NCBI GenBank assembly: GCA_035545015.1
Contig: DASZZD010000032.1
Location: 1-64,000, forward strand
Length of the DNA stretch: 64,000 bases
Direction: 5' to 3'
DNA from: Phycisphaerae bacterium
Lineage (GTDB): Bacteria; Planctomycetota; Phycisphaerae; WQYP01
Of the stretch, positions 17,858 to 27,385 are shown piece after piece. Both the position numbers and the translations under genes were made by a program. The notes under the pieces are model-generated. The model worked only from the letters and a program-made list of their open reading frames with translations, did not search any database and was not told the origin of the DNA. Position 1 is the first letter of the stretch; each line of letters opens with the position of its first letter.

Positions 17858-19579
17858 TCAATCCGCGACGACACCCTCTGCCTGGGTGACGCGAGCGATC
17901 TCGGCGGCGGTGGTGATTCCGTTGAGGATTTTGGTTTTGCCATCATCGAGCAGGGTTTTCATGCCGCTGGCGCGAGCGGCCTTGCGGATGACGTTGGAGG
18001 GCGCCCGTTTGAAGGCGAGCTCGCGGACTTCGTTGTTCATGGTCATCATTTCGAAGATGCCCTTGCGGCCGCGATAACCGGTGCCGTTGCAGTTGCCGCA
18101 GCCGACGGGTTTCATGAGGGTGCGGCCCTGGAGTTCGCGGTCGGAGATGCCGAGGATCGAGAGGAACTTGCGGTCGGGCTCGGGATCGGGGGCCTTGCAT
18201 TTTTCGCAGAGTGTGCGGACGAGCCGCTGGGCCATGACCGCCTGGATGGAAGAGGCGACGAGGAAGGGCTTGACGCCCATATCGATCAGACGGGTGATGG
18301 CGGAGGGGGCGTCGTTGGTGTGCAGGGTACTGAAGACCAGGTGGCCGGTGAGAGCGGCCTGGATGGCGACTTCGGCGACTTCGAGGTCGCGGATTTCACC
18401 GACGAGAATGATGTTGGGGGCCTGACGGAGCATGGAGCGGAGGATTTTGGCGAAGGAGAGGCCGATCTGTTCCTTCACCTGGCACTGGTTGATGCCGGCG
18501 AAGTTGTATTCGACGGGGTCTTCGGCGGTGATGATTTTGCGGTCGGGCTTGTTGAGTTCCTGGAGGGCGCCGTAGAGGGTGGTGGTTTTGCCGGAGCCGG
18601 TGGGTCCGGTGACCAGGAAGATGCCGTTGGGGCGGGCGATGATGCGTTTGAACTTGTTGTAATCTTCCTCTTCGAAGCCCATGGACTGGATGCCGATTTT
18701 CACGCTGTCGGGGCGGAGAATACGCAGTACGCACGATTCACCGTGATAGCCCGGGAGGGTGGAGACACGGAAATCGACGGGCTTGTCATCGACGGCCATC
18801 TTGATGCGGCCGTCCTGGGGCAGGCGTTTTTCGGCGATGTCCATGCCGGACATGATCTTGATGCGGGCGAGCACCGGGGCCTGCATGCGTTTGGGGATGT
18901 TGTCGCGCTCGACGCAGACGCCGTCGATGCGGTAGCGGACGCGCACGCGGTCCTTCATGGGTTCGATGTGAATATCCGAAGCGCGGGTCTTGACGGCTTC
19001 GGCGATGAGGGCGGTGACGAGCTTGATGATGGGAGCGTCGTCGCCGAGGGACTTCACGTCGATCGACGTGCCGCGGTCCATGGAAGCGCCGCGGTCGATG
19101 GAGCTGACGCGGCGGACGGCTTCGTCGATGGAGGCCTTTTCGGCGGAGAACATGCGTTCGATCTGGTGCTGGATTTTGCTCTTGACGCCGAGGCAGGTTT
19201 CGATCTTGGTATTGAGGCGGAACTTGAGGGCGTCGATGGTGTCGATATCGGTGGGGTCGCCGATGACGATGCGCAGGACGCCGTCGCGCTTGTCGAGGGG
19301 CAGGACCTGGTGCTTTTTGATGAGGTCGGGGGGGATGAGGTTGACGTTGGCGGTGGCCATGGCGCTCTTGTCGAGGTCGATGTACTCCATGTCGTACTGC
19401 ATGGCCAGAGCCTTGGTGACCTCTTCCTCGGAGGCGAGCTTGAGGTCGAGGACGACTTCGTGGAGGGGTTTTCGGGTTTTGGCGGCCTCATCCTGCGCTT
19501 TTTGGGCGTCGGCAGGCTTGAGAGAGCCCATTTCCCGGAGAATTTCGGTAATTTCGCTTCGTTTCCGCGCCATGACCAC
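17858..19579 (-). CDS. second GspE/PilB-family assembly ATPase (paralog, degenerate N-terminal MshEN motifs)
   Basis: LVTGPTGSGKTTTLYGALQELN, CEKC..CGNC. The N-terminal domain lacks the LG..G residues of the MshEN motif. Confidence 0.88.
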   Translation of the reverse strand: MVMARKRSEITEILREMGSLKPADAQKAQDEAAKTRKPLHEVVLDLKLASEEEVTKALAMQYDMEYIDLDKSAMATANVNLIPPDLIKKHQVLPLDKRDGVLRIVIGDPTDIDTIDALKFRLNTKIETCLGVKSKIQHQIERMFSAEKASIDEAVRRVSSIDRGASMDRGTSIDVKSLGDDAPIIKLVTALIAEAVKTRASDIHIEPMKDRVRVRYRIDGVCVERDNIPKRMQAPVLARIKIMSGMDIAEKRLPQDGRIKMAVDDKPVDFRVSTLPGYHGESCVLRILRPDSVKIGIQSMGFEEEDYNKFKRIIARPNGIFLVTGPTGSGKTTTLYGALQELNKPDRKIITAEDPVEYNFAGINQCQVKEQIGLSFAKILRSMLRQAPNIILVGEIRDLEVAEVAIQAALTGHLVFSTLHTNDAPSAITRLIDMGVKPFLVASSIQAVMAQRLVRTLCEKCKAPDPEPDRKFLSILGISDRELQGRTLMKPVGCGNCNGTGYRGRKGIFEMMTMNNEVRELAFKRAPSNVIRKAARASGMKTLLDDGKTKILNGITTAAEIARVTQAEGVVAD

Positions 19580-19858
19580 CTCGTTGTGCCGCCCGGCGCC
19601 GCGCTCTGCGGATGGAAATCCGCGAAGGCGAGCATGGGCCCGGACCGCCGGCTGGATGTCAATTACTCTGTACTGGAATGGTGACGCGCAGAGATTCTGT
19701 GGAACGCCATCATCTGACTTATCTTACGGAACAGTCTTACGCGGGGTCAAGGTGGAATATTGGGCTTGGTGAGGGGTTTTGGAGCCGGTTTGTGACCCCT
19801 GGAAGCGGTTTGACCGTCGGCCGGGGGAACCCATACACTCGGCGGGGATTGCTCAAGG

Positions 19859-20467
19859 ATGACCATGAAGCCGCTCCATTCCCGCACGTTCAGCCAGCTC
19901 ACCGATTTTCGTGCGGTCAGCCGCGGGAGCATGCAGGAACACCTGCGGCTGTATGAGGGGTACGTGGAGCGCTACAACCAGTTGGCGGGGTCTCTGGAGC
20001 GGCTGCGGCGTGCGGGCGCGGTGGAAGCGGGGGCGGATATCGAGAGCGTGAAGGTGGATTTGACCTTTGCGCTGGGGGCGGTGAAGAACCACGAGTTGTT
20101 TTTCGATGTGCTGGGGGCGGGGACGGAGGGCGCGGAGCCGGGCGGGGAACTGGGGGAGGGCATCCGGGCGGCGTTTGGGGCGTTCGGGCAATACGTGGCG
20201 GACCTGAAGCAGACGGCGATGATGGGGGCGGGATGGGCGTGGACGGCATATGACCTGGACCACGGGCACCTGTTCAACTATTGCGGGGCGCGCAACGGGA
20301 TGCCGGTGTGGAACGCGGTGCCGATCCTGGCGATCGATCTTTACGGGCACGCGTACTTTTATGATTTCGGGTCGAACAAGGGGTTGTACCTGGACGCGAT
20401 CGTGCAGAGCCTGGACTGGGGGCGGATCCAGCAGCGGTTCGCCGCGGCGCGGAGCCGGGCGTTCTGA
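19859..20467 (+). CDS. divergent Fe/Mn superoxide dismutase-like protein (paralog/xenolog)
   Basis: Retains the four metal ligand positions (H in MQEHLRLY, NHELFF, D and H in DLYGHAYFYDF) and Tyr34 (EGYV), but the N-terminal HH.KHH is degenerate. G-ending codons, unlike the adjacent canonical sodA. Confidence 0.6.
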   Translation: MTMKPLHSRTFSQLTDFRAVSRGSMQEHLRLYEGYVERYNQLAGSLERLRRAGAVEAGADIESVKVDLTFALGAVKNHELFFDVLGAGTEGAEPGGELGEGIRAAFGAFGQYVADLKQTAMMGAGWAWTAYDLDHGHLFNYCGARNGMPVWNAVPILAIDLYGHAYFYDFGSNKGLYLDAIVQSLDWGRIQQRFAAARSRAF

Positions 20468-20509
20468 CCTGCCGGATTCAGCCCCCCTGCCGATCGCAAC
20501 GTGGATCGC

Positions 20510-21160
20510 TTATTTGGCGGCGCTGAAGAGTTCGGCGGCGCGTTTCCAGTTGACCACTTCCCAGATGGCGGCGAGGTAATCGGGACGTTTGTTCTGGTAC
20601 TTGAGGTAATAGGCGTGTTCCCACACGTCGACGCCAAGGACGGGGGTCCCGTGCGCTGCGCCGGTGGGGGCGAGGACGTTTTCGGGCATGATGGGGTTGT
20701 CCTGGTTGGCGGTGGAGGTGATGGCGAGACCGCCGCCATTTTTGACGATCAGCCATGCCCAGCCGCTGCCGAAGCGTTTGCCGCCGGCTTCCTGGAACTT
20801 GGTTTTGAAGTCGGCGAAGGAACCGAAGGCGGATTTGATGGCCTCGGCGAGGGGGCCTGAGGGTTCACCGCCGCCACCATTGTTTTTGGGGGCCAGAAGC
20901 GTCCAGAAGAGCGAGTGGTTGACATGCCCGCCGCCGTTGTTGCGGACAGCGCCGCGGACGTCTTCGGGAACTGTGCCGAGATTCCGGATCAGTTCTTCGG
21001 CCGATTTGTTGGCCAGGTCGGGCTTGGAGGCGACGGCGTTGTTGAAATTGTTGACATAGGCCTGATGGTGCTTGCCATGGTGAATCTGCATGGTGGTGGC
21101 ATCGATGACCGGTTCGAGAGCGGAGGGTTCGTACGGCAGCGGCGGGAGGGTGGCAGGCAT
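20510..21160 (-). CDS. sodA: Fe/Mn superoxide dismutase
   Basis: [33 protein letters not shown]...[11 protein letters not shown]...[23 protein letters not shown] at 21160 ([10 protein letters not shown]). Confidence 0.93.
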   Translation of the reverse strand: MPATLPPLPYEPSALEPVIDATTMQIHHGKHHQAYVNNFNNAVASKPDLANKSAEELIRNLGTVPEDVRGAVRNNGGGHVNHSLFWTLLAPKNNGGGGEPSGPLAEAIKSAFGSFADFKTKFQEAGGKRFGSGWAWLIVKNGGGLAITSTANQDNPIMPENVLAPTGAAHGTPVLGVDVWEHAYYLKYQNKRPDYLAAIWEVVNWKRAAELFSAAK

Positions 21161-21370
21161 GATCAATCCCCACGAAAAGACGGGTAAACCGCGCCCCAAA
21201 GGCAGGCCGTCGCGCGACGGCCCCGGGGTTTGGGGCGGAAGGTTGGTTATAGGAGCAGCGCGGCGGTGCGGTCAAGCGATGCGGGTGCAGGTGGGCACGG
21301 GGATTCTGTGGCAGATGACGGCAGTTGCCGCCGCAAAACGCGGCCGCCCCCCTACAACCCAATTTTTCCG

Positions 21371-21399
21371 TTGCATGTAAGCATTATGTTAGGTATAAT
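21371..21399 (+). promoter_or_regulatory. sigma70-type promoter TTGCAT-N17-TATAAT upstream of putA
   Basis: ttgcatGTAAGCATTATGTTAGGtataat in an AT-rich patch. An SD GGGAGAAGG and ATG 21426 follow within about 25 nt. Confidence 0.6.
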
Positions 21400-21425
21400 A
21401 CCTACCGCTCGCTGGGAGAAGGAAC

Positions 21426-24400
21426 ATGCCGACCACCCCCCCGTATCCCCCCCGTCCAACCTCCAGCCCTCCCACCCGCACCGCTCCCCCCGCGCCCAAC
21501 GCCTCTCCCACCCCCCCTGGCAAAAACGTGGCGCTCTTGGCGCCCTGGCCATACCTGCCCTTCCAACTCCACACCGCCAGCCCGCTGGCCACCACCGCCT
21601 CCCCACCGCGCCCCCCAAAGCCCGCTGCCTCCTACAATGACCCCAGACGCCCCCACAGAGGCCCCCCCATGCAACGCCACACCGCCACATCAGCCCCCCC
21701 CACCCCCCCCACCCCCCCCGCCGCCCACGCCCCCGCCCTCGAAGCCCGCACCCAATCCCTCGGCCGCGAACTCCTCGCCGCCTCCCGCGCCTCCCCAGCC
21801 TCCTCCCTCTCCAAAAAATTCTGGTCCGACAAACTCCTCGCCTTTGCCCTCCAAAATGAGCGCTTCAAAAACGAACTCTTCCGCTTCATCGATGTTTTCC
21901 CCGCCCTGCGCACGCCCGCGGCCATCAATCAGCATCTCCACGAGTATCTTCTCCGGCCGGATCTGTCGCTTCCCGCCGGCCTCTCGCTGGCGCTCAAGGC
22001 CGGCAACCTGCTCAAAGGCGCGCAAGCCTCCGCCCTCACCGCCCAGGTTCAATCCATGGCCCGTACGTTCATCGCCGGCCAAACGCTTGATGACGCATTG
22101 CCCGCCCTTGCCGCGCGCTGGGCGGAAGGAATTGCCTTCTCCGTGGACCTCCTGGGGGAAGCGGTCGTCTCGCACGCCGAGGCCCACGCATACCGCGCCC
22201 GCTACGATCAACTTCTAGACGCGCTTCCCAGCGCCGTCGCCGCCTGGCCGGCCAACCCGCTGCTCGACTCCGATCACCTTGGCCCCATCCCGCGCGCCAA
22301 CGTCTCGATCAAAATCTCCGCCCTCGACGGCCGCGTCACCCCAATCGATGCGGACGTTCCCGGCGGCACGCTGGACCGTCTCACCGAAGCGCTGGCCCCG
22401 CTGCTGGAAAAAGCCGCTCGCCACAACGTCCTCATCAACTTCGATATGGAAAGACACGCCCTGCACGAGCTCACGCTGCGCCTGTTCAAGCGCTGCTGCG
22501 AGCGTTTCGACTTTCCCGCAGGCCTTGCGCTCCAGTCCTATCTGAGGTCCGTTCACGAGGACGCCTCCGATCTCATCGCCTGGTCCAAGCGGCTCAATCG
22601 CCGCGTCACCGTGCGCCTGATCAAAGGCGCTTATTGGGATTACGAAACCATCCACGCACAAATGATGAACTGGCCCGCGCCGGTCTGGCCCCGCAAGCAT
22701 CTCACCGACGCCGCTTTTGAAAACACCGCGGCGCTTTTCCTGCGGAATACGCCGAACCGCGCCGGCGAGGGCGGCATCACCTTGGCTGTCGGCACGCACA
22801 ACGTGCGCTCCGTCGCCCGCACGCTCGCCCTCGCGGAACACTTCGATCTCCCGCCCAATGCCGTGGAATTTCAGGCGCTGCGCGGCATGGCCGACGATCT
22901 CAAACACGCGCTCGCGGCGCGTAAGCTGCGTGTCCGTGAATACGTTCCACTCGGCGACCTGATCCCCGGCATGGCCTACCTGGTGCGCCGGCTCTTGGAA
23001 AACACGTCCAACACCGGCTGGCTGCACGCGGACACAACTAGCGCCCCCGCCGAACAACTCCTCGCCTCGCCGCACATCGAGCAACCTGCCGCGATGCTCG
23101 AGGATTCACCCGCAAAACGAAGCAGTTTCCGCAATGAGCCGCTTCGCAATTTTTCACTGGCGCAGGTCCGCGGCGCATTTATGGAGGCGATTGCCGGCGC
23201 CGCTCTCCCGCGCGTCGAAAACAACACCACGCTGGAGACCGCCCAGCACATGGTGCGTTCCGCCACCGAAGCCTTCCCCGCCTGGCGCGACACCCCGGTC
23301 GACCAGCGCGCCGCCATCATCGAAGCGGCGGCGGATCGCCTGTCGAATGTCCGTGACACGCTGGCCGCAATGATCGTCAAGGAATCCCACAAAACCTGGC
23401 CCGAAGCCGACGCCGACGTCTGCGAAGCCATCGACTTCTGCCGCTACTACGCCCTCCACGCCCGCCTCCTGCAAAACCCCCACCGCACCGGCCCCGCCCT
23501 CACCGGCGAACGCAACGAGCTCCGCCACATTCCCCGCGGCCCCACCGCCGTCATCGCACCCTGGAACTTCCCCCTCTCCATCGCCACCGGCATGACCGTC
23601 GCCGCCCTCGTCACCGGCAACCCCGTCATCCTCAAACCCGCCGAGCAAACCCCCGCCATCGCCGCCGCCCTCGCCCACCACCTCCACGCCGCCGGCATCC
23701 CCAAAAACGTCCTCCACTTCTGCCCCGCCCCGGGCGAAACCGTCGGCGCCGCCCTCGTCCGCCACCCCCTCATCACCACCATCGCCTTCACCGGCTCCAA
23801 AACCGTCGGCCTCGATATCCTCCGCGCCGCCGCCGACACGCCCCCCGATGCGCCCTTCATCAAGCGCGTCGTCTGCGAAATGGGCGGTAAAAACGCCATG
23901 ATCGTCGACGACACCGCCGACCTCGACGACGCCGTCCTCGCCGTCCGCCACTCCGCCTTCTCCTACGCCGGCCAGAAATGCTCCGCCGGCTCGCGCCTGA
24001 TCCTCCTCGATTCCATCCACGACGCCTTCCTCGCCCGCCTCATCGAATCCACCCGCGCCCTTATCCTCGGCGACCCCCAAAACCCCTCCACCGACCTCGG
24101 CCCCGTCATCGACGCCGAAGCCGCCAATAAAATCCGCCGCTACATCGACATCGGCAAACAAGAAGCCACCCTCGCCTACCCGGACGATGACGCTGCCGAA
24201 ATCGAAAATCGAAAATTGAAAATTGAAAATGCGATTCCCCCTCACATCTTCACTAACGTCCCCGCCGACAGCCGACTCGCCACCGACGAAATCTTCGGCC
24301 CCGTCCTCGCCGTCCTCCGCGCCAAAGACTTCCCCCACGCCCTCCACCTCGCCAACCTCTCCGCCTACAAACTCACCGGCGGCCTCTTCTCCCGCACCCC

Positions 24401-24629
24401 CTCCCACATCGCCGCCGCCCGCAATCACTTCCTCGTCGGCAACCTCTACATCAACCGCTCCATCACCGGTGCCCTCGTCGAACGCCAGCCCTTCGGCGGC
24501 TTCGGCCTCTCCGGCGCAGGCTCCAAAGCCGGCGGACCCCACTACCTCCTCCACTTCACAGACCCCCAGGCCACCTCCGAATCCACCCTCCGCCACGGCT
24601 TCGCACCGGAGGTCACTTCAGATGACTGA
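21426..24629 (+). CDS. putA: bifunctional proline dehydrogenase / delta-1-pyrroline-5-carboxylate dehydrogenase PutA (with 81 aa Pro-rich N-terminal extension)
   Basis: PRODH arm/barrel region and aldehyde dehydrogenase motifs (VIAPWNFPLSIATGM, FTGSKTVG, CEMGGKNAMIV, GQKCSAGSRLIL). ATG 21426 has a strong SD and the promoter just upstream. Conventional core start ATG 21669 (MQRHT...). Confidence 0.9.
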   Translation: MPTTPPYPPRPTSSPPTRTAPPAPNASPTPPGKNVALLAPWPYLPFQLHTASPLATTASPPRPPKPAASYNDPRRPHRGPPMQRHTATSAPPTPPTPPAAHAPALEARTQSLGRELLAASRASPASSLSKKFWSDKLLAFALQNERFKNELFRFIDVFPALRTPAAINQHLHEYLLRPDLSLPAGLSLALKAGNLLKGAQASALTAQVQSMARTFIAGQTLDDALPALAARWAEGIAFSVDLLGEAVVSHAEAHAYRARYDQLLDALPSAVAAWPANPLLDSDHLGPIPRANVSIKISALDGRVTPIDADVPGGTLDRLTEALAPLLEKAARHNVLINFDMERHALHELTLRLFKRCCERFDFPAGLALQSYLRSVHEDASDLIAWSKRLNRRVTVRLIKGAYWDYETIHAQMMNWPAPVWPRKHLTDAAFENTAALFLRNTPNRAGEGGITLAVGTHNVRSVARTLALAEHFDLPPNAVEFQALRGMADDLKHALAARKLRVREYVPLGDLIPGMAYLVRRLLENTSNTGWLHADTTSAPAEQLLASPHIEQPAAMLEDSPAKRSSFRNEPLRNFSLAQVRGAFMEAIAGAALPRVENNTTLETAQHMVRSATEAFPAWRDTPVDQRAAIIEAAADRLSNVRDTLAAMIVKESHKTWPEADADVCEAIDFCRYYALHARLLQNPHRTGPALTGERNELRHIPRGPTAVIAPWNFPLSIATGMTVAALVTGNPVILKPAEQTPAIAAALAHHLHAAGIPKNVLHFCPAPGETVGAALVRHPLITTIAFTGSKTVGLDILRAAADTPPDAPFIKRVVCEMGGKNAMIVDDTADLDDAVLAVRHSAFSYAGQKCSAGSRLILLDSIHDAFLARLIESTRALILGDPQNPSTDLGPVIDAEAANKIRRYIDIGKQEATLAYPDDDAAEIENRKLKIENAIPPHIFTNVPADSRLATDEIFGPVLAVLRAKDFPHALHLANLSAYKLTGGLFSRTPSHIAAARNHFLVGNLYINRSITGALVERQPFGGFGLSGAGSKAGGPHYLLHFTDPQATSESTLRHGFAPEVTSDD
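21521..21585 (+). repeat. copy B of the conserved core repeat shared with the recQ 5' region (inverted orientation relative to copy A)
   Basis: See copy A (11433-11497). C-rich on the sense strand. Encodes ALLAPWPYLPFQLHTA within the PutA N-terminal extension. Confidence 0.7.
24198..24231. repeat. tandem heptamers GAAATC GAAAATC GAAAATT GAAAATT GAAAATG inserted in-frame in putA
   Basis: Encodes EIENRKLKIEN within the P5CDH domain. Low-GC patch inside an otherwise C3-rich gene. Confidence 0.6.
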
Positions 24630-24651
24630 ATTGGCTTGCCCCCAACATCCG

Positions 24652-26346
24652 TCACGGCACCACCGGCGTCGTCCGCACCGCCGTCTCCGGCGCGGCTATC
24701 TCCTCATCCACCGCCTTCCCCATGTACCCCGGCAACTCCACACCGCCGATGTCTTTCATCACCTGCATCATCGGCGGCATCATCCGGGCCATGTTCTGGA
24801 TGAAGCCGGCCGCTCCCGACCCGTGTCCATTGCCATTCCCGTTCGTGTGCGCCGCGCCGCCTTCCCACACCACCACCTTGTCGAACTTGATGTTCGCGAT
24901 CGCCGCCGCCGACGTCTCGGCCAGCTTGTCGATGTGCTCCAGCATCAGCAGTTGATACGCCTGATCCGCCCCGCCGCACGCCGCGATGATCTGCTTCAAA
25001 CCCTCGCCCTTCTTGGCCAGGATTTCATATTGACCGCGCGCTTCCGCTTCCAACCGCGCGAAAATCGCCGCCGCCTCGCCCTCGGCCTCGACGCGCCGCT
25101 TTTCCGCCGCCGCCTGGGCATCCACGATGATCTTCGCCTTCTCCGCCTTCGCCGGCGCTTCGAGCGCCGCACGCCGTTCCGCCTCCACCCGCTCCGCCTC
25201 CGCCAGGGCCGCCTTGGCCAGCGCCCGGTTCTGCGCTTCCTGCACCGCCGCATCCGCCTCGCGCTTGCGCGTCTCGCCAAGCTGGAACGCCTCCGCCTGC
25301 TTCACCTGCAGTTGCGCCTGGGCCGCCACCACCATCGCCTGGGCCTTCGATTCGCCATCGATCGCCTTGGCGTTGGCGTCCGCGATCGCCACGCGCATCG
25401 CCTGTTCCGCATCCTTCACCTTGGCGTCGCGCTCGAACGCCGCCGCCTGCTCCGCGATCTTCTGATCTTTGCTCAAGTCCGCCAGCTTCACCGCCTGGTC
25501 ACGCAGCGCGGTCTGCTCGCCGATCTTCTGGTCGCGGTCCAATTCCGCCACCTTCACCGCCTGCTCGCGCTGCGCATCCCGCAAACCGATCGCCTTGAGC
25601 TGCTGCGCCTGCGCCACCTGGATCGCCTTTTCACGCTCCGCATCCGCAACGCCGATCGCCCCCATCCGCTCCTGCCCCGCCACATCCACGAGCGCCTGCT
25701 GCACCGCCTGTGCCGCCGCCTTCTTGCCTACCGCCACGATATACCCGGACTCATCATCGATGTCCGTGATGTTCACGTTCAGCAGCACCAGCCCGAGCTT
25801 CCGCAGTTCCGGTTCCAGCGACGCTTGGATGTTCTTCAAAAATTGCTCGCGGTGCCGCGCGATGTCCTCGATGCGCATCGACGCCACCACCTCGCGCAAC
25901 TGCCCGAAGATGATGTGTTCCACGCGCCCCTGCAGCTTGTTCTGGTCCAATCCCAGCAAGCGGATCGCCGCGTTCTGCATCAGCTCCGGCTCCGTGCCGA
26001 TCGCGATCGTGAACACGCTGGGCACGTTCACCCGGATGTTCTCGATCGACAACGCCCCCTTCAACGGAATCTCAATCTGCAGCGGCTCCAGCGACAGATA
26101 GGCATAGTCCTGCACCAGCGGCATGATGAAGGCCGCGCCGCCATGGATGCACCGCGCCGGCGCCCCCTTGCCCGCCTTGCCGTATATCACGAGCACCTTG
26201 TTGCTGGGGCACCGTTTGTAGCGCCCGACGAACATGCTCAACAAAAAGAAGAACATCAGCGCCACCACCGCCGCCAATGCGCCGATCCATTCCGCGGCGG
26301 TCACATCCGCCACCAACGCCAGTCCATGAATTGCCTGCACGTTCAT
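24652..26346 (-). CDS. flotillin / SPFH (band 7) domain protein
   Basis: N-terminal TM helix, SPFH domain and a long Ala/Glu/Gln-rich coiled-coil typical of FloT/YqiK flotillins. Confidence 0.85.
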   Translation of the reverse strand: MNVQAIHGLALVADVTAAEWIGALAAVVALMFFFLLSMFVGRYKRCPSNKVLVIYGKAGKGAPARCIHGGAAFIMPLVQDYAYLSLEPLQIEIPLKGALSIENIRVNVPSVFTIAIGTEPELMQNAAIRLLGLDQNKLQGRVEHIIFGQLREVVASMRIEDIARHREQFLKNIQASLEPELRKLGLVLLNVNITDIDDESGYIVAVGKKAAAQAVQQALVDVAGQERMGAIGVADAEREKAIQVAQAQQLKAIGLRDAQREQAVKVAELDRDQKIGEQTALRDQAVKLADLSKDQKIAEQAAAFERDAKVKDAEQAMRVAIADANAKAIDGESKAQAMVVAAQAQLQVKQAEAFQLGETRKREADAAVQEAQNRALAKAALAEAERVEAERRAALEAPAKAEKAKIIVDAQAAAEKRRVEAEGEAAAIFARLEAEARGQYEILAKKGEGLKQIIAACGGADQAYQLLMLEHIDKLAETSAAAIANIKFDKVVVWEGGAAHTNGNGNGHGSGAAGFIQNMARMMPPMMQVMKDIGGVELPGYMGKAVDEEIAAPETAVRTTPVVP

Positions 26347-26391
26347 CGCTGCTCCTTCCTAAAACCCGCCCGCCCCGAGGTTCCAGTCTCT

Positions 26392-27204
26392 TCATGCCGC
26401 GGTCGCCGGCGCCAGGTCCGGCAGATATTTTTCCCCCGAGACCACTTCCACCACGCCGTTGTCCTGCACGCCCACCACCATCACCGGCTCGCCCCGCGCC
26501 AGCGGCCGCTCCTCATAGCTTACCGCCGCCAGCTCCATCGTCCGCCCGTGCACCTTCACGAGCACCTTGCCCAGCCCGCCCTGATCCGCAGGAATGCTGA
26601 GATACACTTTTCCCAGCGCTCCCACAGCCTGTTCCATCTGAACCGTGCCGTCCTCATCCATATTGATCATGGCGGTAAAAATCGCCGCCACGATCATCAT
26701 CATTGCAAGTCCGGCTCCCAACGCAATGCCCAGCACGGCCGCGGTGGAAAAACCGCCCGCCGTGGCCGCCAGCCCCGCGAGGCCCAGCACCGTCGCACCC
26801 GCCACCAGTCCCTGGAAATTCAACAGGCTGTGGAGCCAGATCCACGCCGCCGAATCGCCGCCCGCCGGGAAAGCGTTCGCCGCATGCTGATGCGTCCGGT
26901 GCGCATGCGCTGCCGCCACCGCCGCGATCGCCTTGGCCTGCGGCGACAAGTGCGCCGGCGCTCCCTTCACCGCGGTCCCCGCCTTTGCGCCGTGCCCTCC
27001 CGCCCGATGCAGCGACGTGCGCAATCGTCCGCCGCCCTTTGCGCCCGCTCCGCCGCGCGCGCCATGATGACCCCACCCGCGACTCCCTCCGTGCCGCACG
27101 TGCGGACCATGATGCACCCCGATCGCCAGCGCGCTCAGCAGCGCCTGGACAACCACCAGCGCCCCGCCCCCGGCAGCACAGATCACGAGAAACATCCGTA
27201 ACAT
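26392..27204 (-). CDS. NfeD-family membrane protein (flotillin-associated), C-terminal OB-fold
   Basis: Multiple TM helices then GKVLVKVHGRTMELAAVSYEERPLARGEPVMVVGVQDNGVVEVV. Directly upstream of flotillin on the same strand (NfeD-flotillin operon arrangement). Confidence 0.7.
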   Translation of the reverse strand: MLRMFLVICAAGGGALVVVQALLSALAIGVHHGPHVRHGGSRGWGHHGARGGAGAKGGGRLRTSLHRAGGHGAKAGTAVKGAPAHLSPQAKAIAAVAAAHAHRTHQHAANAFPAGGDSAAWIWLHSLLNFQGLVAGATVLGLAGLAATAGGFSTAAVLGIALGAGLAMMMIVAAIFTAMINMDEDGTVQMEQAVGALGKVYLSIPADQGGLGKVLVKVHGRTMELAAVSYEERPLARGEPVMVVGVQDNGVVEVVSGEKYLPDLAPATAA

Positions 27205-27385
27205 CCCGACGTCCCTTTCTGGGAGCGCACCCCGTCAACGCCTCCATTATTGAGTACGCTTCCCCCCCACTCAACCCTTTTCTTTCATCTATCCATTACG
27301 CGATATTCCCGCCCCTTTCCCGCACCGCCGCAAACGCCCCCAAGCCATTTACCAATCCCGCCATACCCCCTACCATGGCTCTTCC

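Noticed and set aside
21230-21640. 136-aa ORF and minus-strand ORFs (21352-21690, 21402-21680) in the sodA-putA intergenic region, and their mirror images at 11271-11647
   Set aside because: They are reading-frame shadows of the C-rich shared repeat. The in-frame continuation into putA/recQ with SD+ATG is the more parsimonious coding interpretation.
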